Shown here: positions 59,701 through 64,000 of the stretch, one piece after another
How positions within the stretch are numbered: position 1 is the stretch's first letter
Layout: each line of letters opens with the position of its first letter
From: Amoebophrya sp. A120
Taxonomy: Eukaryota > Protista > Dinoflagellata
Reading direction: 5' to 3'
Length of the DNA: 64,000 nt
Assembly: GCA_905178155.1 (NCBI GenBank)
Contig: CAJINV010000002.1
Coordinates: 8,203,224-8,267,223 of the forward strand
The notes under the pieces: model-generated
The model's database searches: none
The model's input: only the letters and a program-made list of their open reading frames with translations
What the model was told of the DNA's origin: nothing
Made by a program: the position numbers and the translations under genes

Positions 59701-62607
59701 TACTTAAAATTAATATATTGCTTCGCCCTCTGGAAGTTTTGCCGAGTTCGTCCGCGGATACTTCCGAATATTCGGAATCGCCCGAATCAGAGGCGGCGAG
59801 GCTTCAAATCCTTGCCAAGTTTTTCAACGCTTGGGAATGCCAGAGATGGTATGGCGCGAAAAAAAAAACCCGCCAAAATTTACAAAACTAATTTCGGCCG
59901 CCGTGCCGCGCGGATTCGCGAAGCCGGCAGCTTCACCAGAAAGCCAGCCCACACGCTATGGCGCGAACAAAGAAAATCCGCCAAAAGTCGCAAAACCGAC
60001 TGCGGGCGCCGCGCCGTGCGGATTGACGAAGCCGGCAACCTCTTACGAAGCCCATGGCGCGAAAGGAAAAAACCCGCCAAAATTTACAAAACTAATTGCG
60101 GCCGCCGTGCCGTGCGGATTTGCGAAGCCGGCAGCTTCGCCAGAAAGCCAGCCCGCGCGGTATGGCGCGAGCAAAGGAAATTCGCCAAAAGTCGCAAAAC
60201 CGACTGCGGGCGCCGTGCCGTGCGGATTGGCGAGGCCGGCAACCTCTTACGAACCTGCACGGTAAAGCGCAAAGGGGAAAACTCGCGGAAATTTACAAAA
60301 ATAATTGCGGCCGCCGTGCCGTGCGGATTCGCGAAGCCGGCAGCGTCGCCAGAAAGCCAGCCCGCACGGTATGGCGCGAACATAGAAAATTCGCCAAAAG
60401 TCGCGAAACCACTTGCGGGCGCCTTGCCATGCGGTTTGGCGAATTCGGCAAACTCTTACGAAGCCCAGCCCGCACGGTATGACGCGGAACAAAAAAGCTC
60501 GCCAAAATTTGCAAAACTAATTGCGACAGCCGTGCCGTGCGGATTCGCGAAGCCGGCAGCTTCACCAGAAAGCCAGCCCGCACGCCATGGCGCGAACGTA
60601 AAAAATTTGCAAAAAATCGCGAGACCGACTGCGGGCGCCGTGCCGTGCGGATTGGCGAAACCGGCAACCCCTTACGAACCCCAGCCCGCACGGCATGGCG
60701 CGAATAAGCGAAATTCGCCACAAAAATGATTTAGGCGGGCGATCACCGTCCCACCGTGATTCGCGCGGATTGCTGATCTATCCTGAAGCTAATCCGCATG
60801 GTATGGCGGCAATTTTTTTTGTGGTTTTTTTTTGCTTTTATTGTTGACAATAACAGTTATTATTTAATTATTTTTTTTCTGACCTGTCGGCTTTTTTCTT
60901 TGGGATAGAACATTTATCGACGGCGACAACGAGGAAAACAAACTGTTGGACCAGAAGTTTCACACTGGATCGCTGTTGCTTCCGCCTGAAGTAGAAGAAA
61001 GCTACTACAAGCCTGAGTTCGCGGGCGGCGAGTATCCCGTCTTGGTTGCAAAAGCATTGAAACAGTACCTCTTTCGGAGTTTCGACGGTGATACACCAGC
61101 TACTGATACTTCCACTGCAGCAGCAGTTATGGAAGTAGAACAAGACGATCATTTATTTTTCCGTTCCCATTTCGGCGAATCTAGAGCCGCGGAAGAACGT
61201 GCTTTCACAGTGTCAGATACGATGGACGTCGACGAGGAATATCATCATGTCGACGGACTGCCATGGTCCCGCCCAGACGAAGTGGAGGAAGCTGATGCAG
61301 TACAGACGGCCACGCATTTCATGAGTGACGCGAGCAGCAAAAACGTACTGTACGGGACGAGTGAAATCGATGAAGACGAAGATAATTATTCCAATGCAGT
61401 AACAGATATCCTGCCCTCTACATCTTCCCCCCTTGCCGTCCACTACATTTTTCAGGAAAAGCACCGCTACCATCTGGCTGTGGACTGCTCTGGCGACGAG
61501 AAAGAGACGCTGTCATCCTGTCTTGCGGACAACTTCGAAGATCTAGGCAATATTAAATCCCGACACGAGGAGGTGGAAAGAACAAAGAGCGCGGACGAGA
61601 TTCTGAAGCAGCAGCAGCTCCAAGCATCTACTGCTTCAACTGAAAAAAACCTCCTGCTGTGCCCATTAGCCGCGCAAAGCGGAAAAATTTCCGTTCTGCA
61701 GTCGAAGTTCGCATTCACCTACGGGTCGCTTTTTGTCCTTGATATTGACGAAAATAAAGTGCCTGCTCCTGTTGCAGCTTTACCGGCCTACTCCGGGTTT
61801 TGCGGCTGCTTCGGGGACTGCTTCGCCGGCCTTGCGACGGCTTCGTCCAGCGGGGATTCGCTCGGGTGCGGCTGGCCTTCTTGGTTCGAATTGATGTCCT
61901 CTGGCGATACAACTGATTCTATGGTCAAAGAGTCGGAGAAAATAAGTCTTTCGCAGCAACAGGAGTTCTTCAAGCGCCAGCGCTCGGGAACCCACATTGT
62001 CTCGCTGGAAGAGGACGCGGCAATGTTTTATTGGATTTCTCGCGAAGAGTGGGAAAAAGAAAAAGACAGCGGAAAGCGCAACGGGAGCGGTTTAATAGAA
62101 ACAGGTAACGTTGCAGTTGCTTGTAAAAATGAACGCATCAGGCTGTCGAGGATTACTACTGGCGGGCAACGGCTGCGAGAAGAAGATGAGCGTCGAGCAG
62201 CTCCAATACCGAAATATTCTTGTACAAGCACTTCTCGTCCCACGACTACCACCTCCTTCGAGGAACAGACCAAAACCAGTGCGTTCTGGGAAGGAAAACT
62301 GAAATCTTTGAGCCCGTACGCTGTGGTTCCCTTGAATGAAGATAGCGATACCGGAAAAAAGACCTGGCCAAGACCACAAACGCTCGAGAAGCTTCGCACA
62401 CAAACACTGGCCCTCAAGTTGATGTCCTGCAACAATATTGAAACTCTGGACAACAGCAAGGTCGAATGCTTAACAGCTGGAACCGCTTCTACCACTGTGC
62501 TCAATTCTGTGAAAATTTTTTCCCGCGGTGGCTACGGCAGAGGCTTTTTTGATTCGCACGGGGACCGGTGGCTGGATGGCCGGATTGTAGTCCCGGACTT
62601 ACAATGA
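53701..62607 (+). CDS. Hypothetical, possibly secreted protein (about 915 aa) split by the 6.15-kb TIR element
   Basis: 53701-54753 and 60913-62607 join in frame (WIIQRT|FIDGDNEE). Hydrophobic N-terminus VVAFFFAAAAGA. Confidence 0.75.
54754..55925. repeat. Left arm: terminal IR plus tandem ~108-bp modules
   Basis: 108-bp duplication 54806-54913 / 54914-55022. The core cgccataccgtgcgggctgg recurs near 55069, 55200, 55309, 55417, 55525, 55633, 55741 and 55849. Confidence 0.9.
55926..59845. repeat. 256-bp tandem array, about 15 copies
   Basis: The unit anchor caaaataggcaggcagg recurs every 256 bp from 55932 to 59516. Central copies are identical and edge copies are diverged. Confidence 0.98.
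59846..60907. repeat. Right arm: inverted ~108-bp modules plus terminal IR
   Basis: About 9 copies of ccagcccgcacggtatggcgcg, the reverse complement of the left-arm core. Confidence 0.9.
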
Positions 62608-64000
62608 CCTTCGGAATTATTATATACAGAGGAAAGGCGGGTAGTAGAAAAAACGCCTTCGGCACAATTTTTGCAGAATAGTGGTTTTTCGTTTCATCTT
62701 CCAAGAACGATACGTGAGTGTTTTTGTTTCCGTCATCGGCAGTCGGTGGCTGCAAGGACGATCATGCGTTTTTTATATAGTTCTCGTGATATTTATCATA
62801 CATAAAAAAGATGACGACATATTTGGCGAGCCGATGGTGCTTTTGTGTAAAGAAAACGCTGACCTGATGTCGAATGATAGTTGGTACGTCCTCCACTGCG
62901 CGCTTGTTTATTCCCCCTCCGCCTTTATCGCACTCTGTGGGGCGCTGTTGCTCCAGTTTGTGGCCAGCTCGTAGATGGAGAAGTGTTAGAAGCACACAGA
63001 TTTACATGTCTACTATCAGCTCCACCATGCCCAGGACCTCGATTTTTAGTTTCAAATCAATACTTTAATATTAACACCCTTGAAGATGTTGATGGACGTC
63101 GAAACTACCTCTAATCAATGCCAATGCCAGGGAAGAACTAAGTGGGTCCGAAACGACCGACATGGTAGTCGAGGTGCGTATGCTCATGCACGCCATCAAA
63201 TTGAACTGCCTATGTATGAAGGACGAAGATCATGAATGTCATGTGATCTCTTATCGTGTTAGTACTTTTGTAGACAGTAGAAATACAAACATAGTTGCAG
63301 AGCTTGCCTGCAGCGGCCCGATCCACGTTTTAGATTTGCGATACATTGATCCGTCAGATATGAAGAAGAAGATCTATTTTCCGTTGCAACGACTTCGCCG
63401 AAGTCTAGACGAAGATCTGATGACCAGCTGCTACCTACTTCCGCACAGAGTAGCAGTCAAGTTGGGTAATTAGATGGTCAGACGTCTCCTGCCCCTAGCT
63501 GGTCCGAATTCTATTCTTGGTTCCCGTAGTCTTGGTTGTTGCATTTATTTGCGGATCTGAATCTTGCCTGCGGAAGCGCAATATTTTTTTGATAACAAAG
63601 TACTTACCATATGAATTGTAGAAATGATATCTTCATTTTGCTCCTTAAGGATAAAGGCCTGCTAAGATGTCGCGGGGTATGATCTAGTTGTCGCACGACT
63701 TGTACTTCTTCCGATACTAGCAAATGATACCTATTCGCGTAGAGCGACCTCGGCCTCCCTGAGACCGATAGGTACGTGCGGACTAATTTCTACTGCTGAC
63801 GGAACTTGATATAAAGGTAAAACCTCCACAATGTGCTCTTTTCAGTGCCGCTTTTCAAGAAAAGAAGAAGCTGCTTTCATCGATCTTTAAGGTTGAAGAT
63901 TACCACATAACATTGAGAACACGACAAACTCTAAATCTGTTTCATCGACGTTTTTTTTATTTTCCAAAGGACTACTAACAAAAGGTAAAGGACCACCACA

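Larger units (their letters stand above)
54754..60907. mobile_element. Giant Foldback-like, non-autonomous TIR element (6,154 bp)
   Basis: tatcccaaagaaaaaagccgacaggtcagaaaaaaaataattaaataataa is inverted at the right end. TSD GAACA at 54749-54753 and 60908-60912. No transposase ORF seen. Confidence 0.95.

Noticed and set aside
55926-59845. CRISPR array, or tandem 100-aa genes (MGTPKMRPP...)
   Set aside because: The units are identical with no unique spacers. The ORFs are by-products of a 256-bp period, which is not a multiple of 3.
59536-60729. 397-aa basic ORF and its mirror ORFs at 54994-55911 as a transposase
   Set aside because: These are translations of the 108-bp modules (108 is divisible by 3). 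No DDE or other domain is visible.
1-64000. tRNA, rRNA or dinoflagellate spliced-leader relics
   Set aside because: None recognised by eye. An Infernal or tRNAscan search would be needed to exclude them.

Overview
Eukaryotic, gene-dense window. All host genes I could identify lie on the + strand; only the Copia element is on the minus strand. The architecture matches the syndinian dinoflagellate Amoebophrya (inferred from architecture only). Host genes: an extended HemD, a 2OG-Fe(II) oxygenase, mitoferrin, an ankyrin-like protein, Tag glycosylase, COX11, a SCOC-like protein, a TPR protein and mL49. The main signal is 13 insertions into coding sequence that share one grammar: TAT...ATA ends, terminal inverted repeats (TIRs) and a 5-bp target-site duplication (TSD). 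Two copies are decayed. In every case, removing the element plus one TSD copy restores the reading frame. Twelve are 149-342 bp introner-like elements from at least 5 TIR families. They share an internal GCATNACAA motif, and family A occurs in both orientations relative to the transcript. The thirteenth is a 6,154-bp Foldback-like element with about 1.1-kb modular inverted arms around roughly 15 copies of a 256-bp satellite. Also present: a Ty1/copia element with an in-frame gag-UGA-pol junction and 64 bp of flanking host DNA in place of RNase H, inserted into a putative secreted-protein gene, and a 5'-truncated LINE with a zinc-finger insertion inside its RT.
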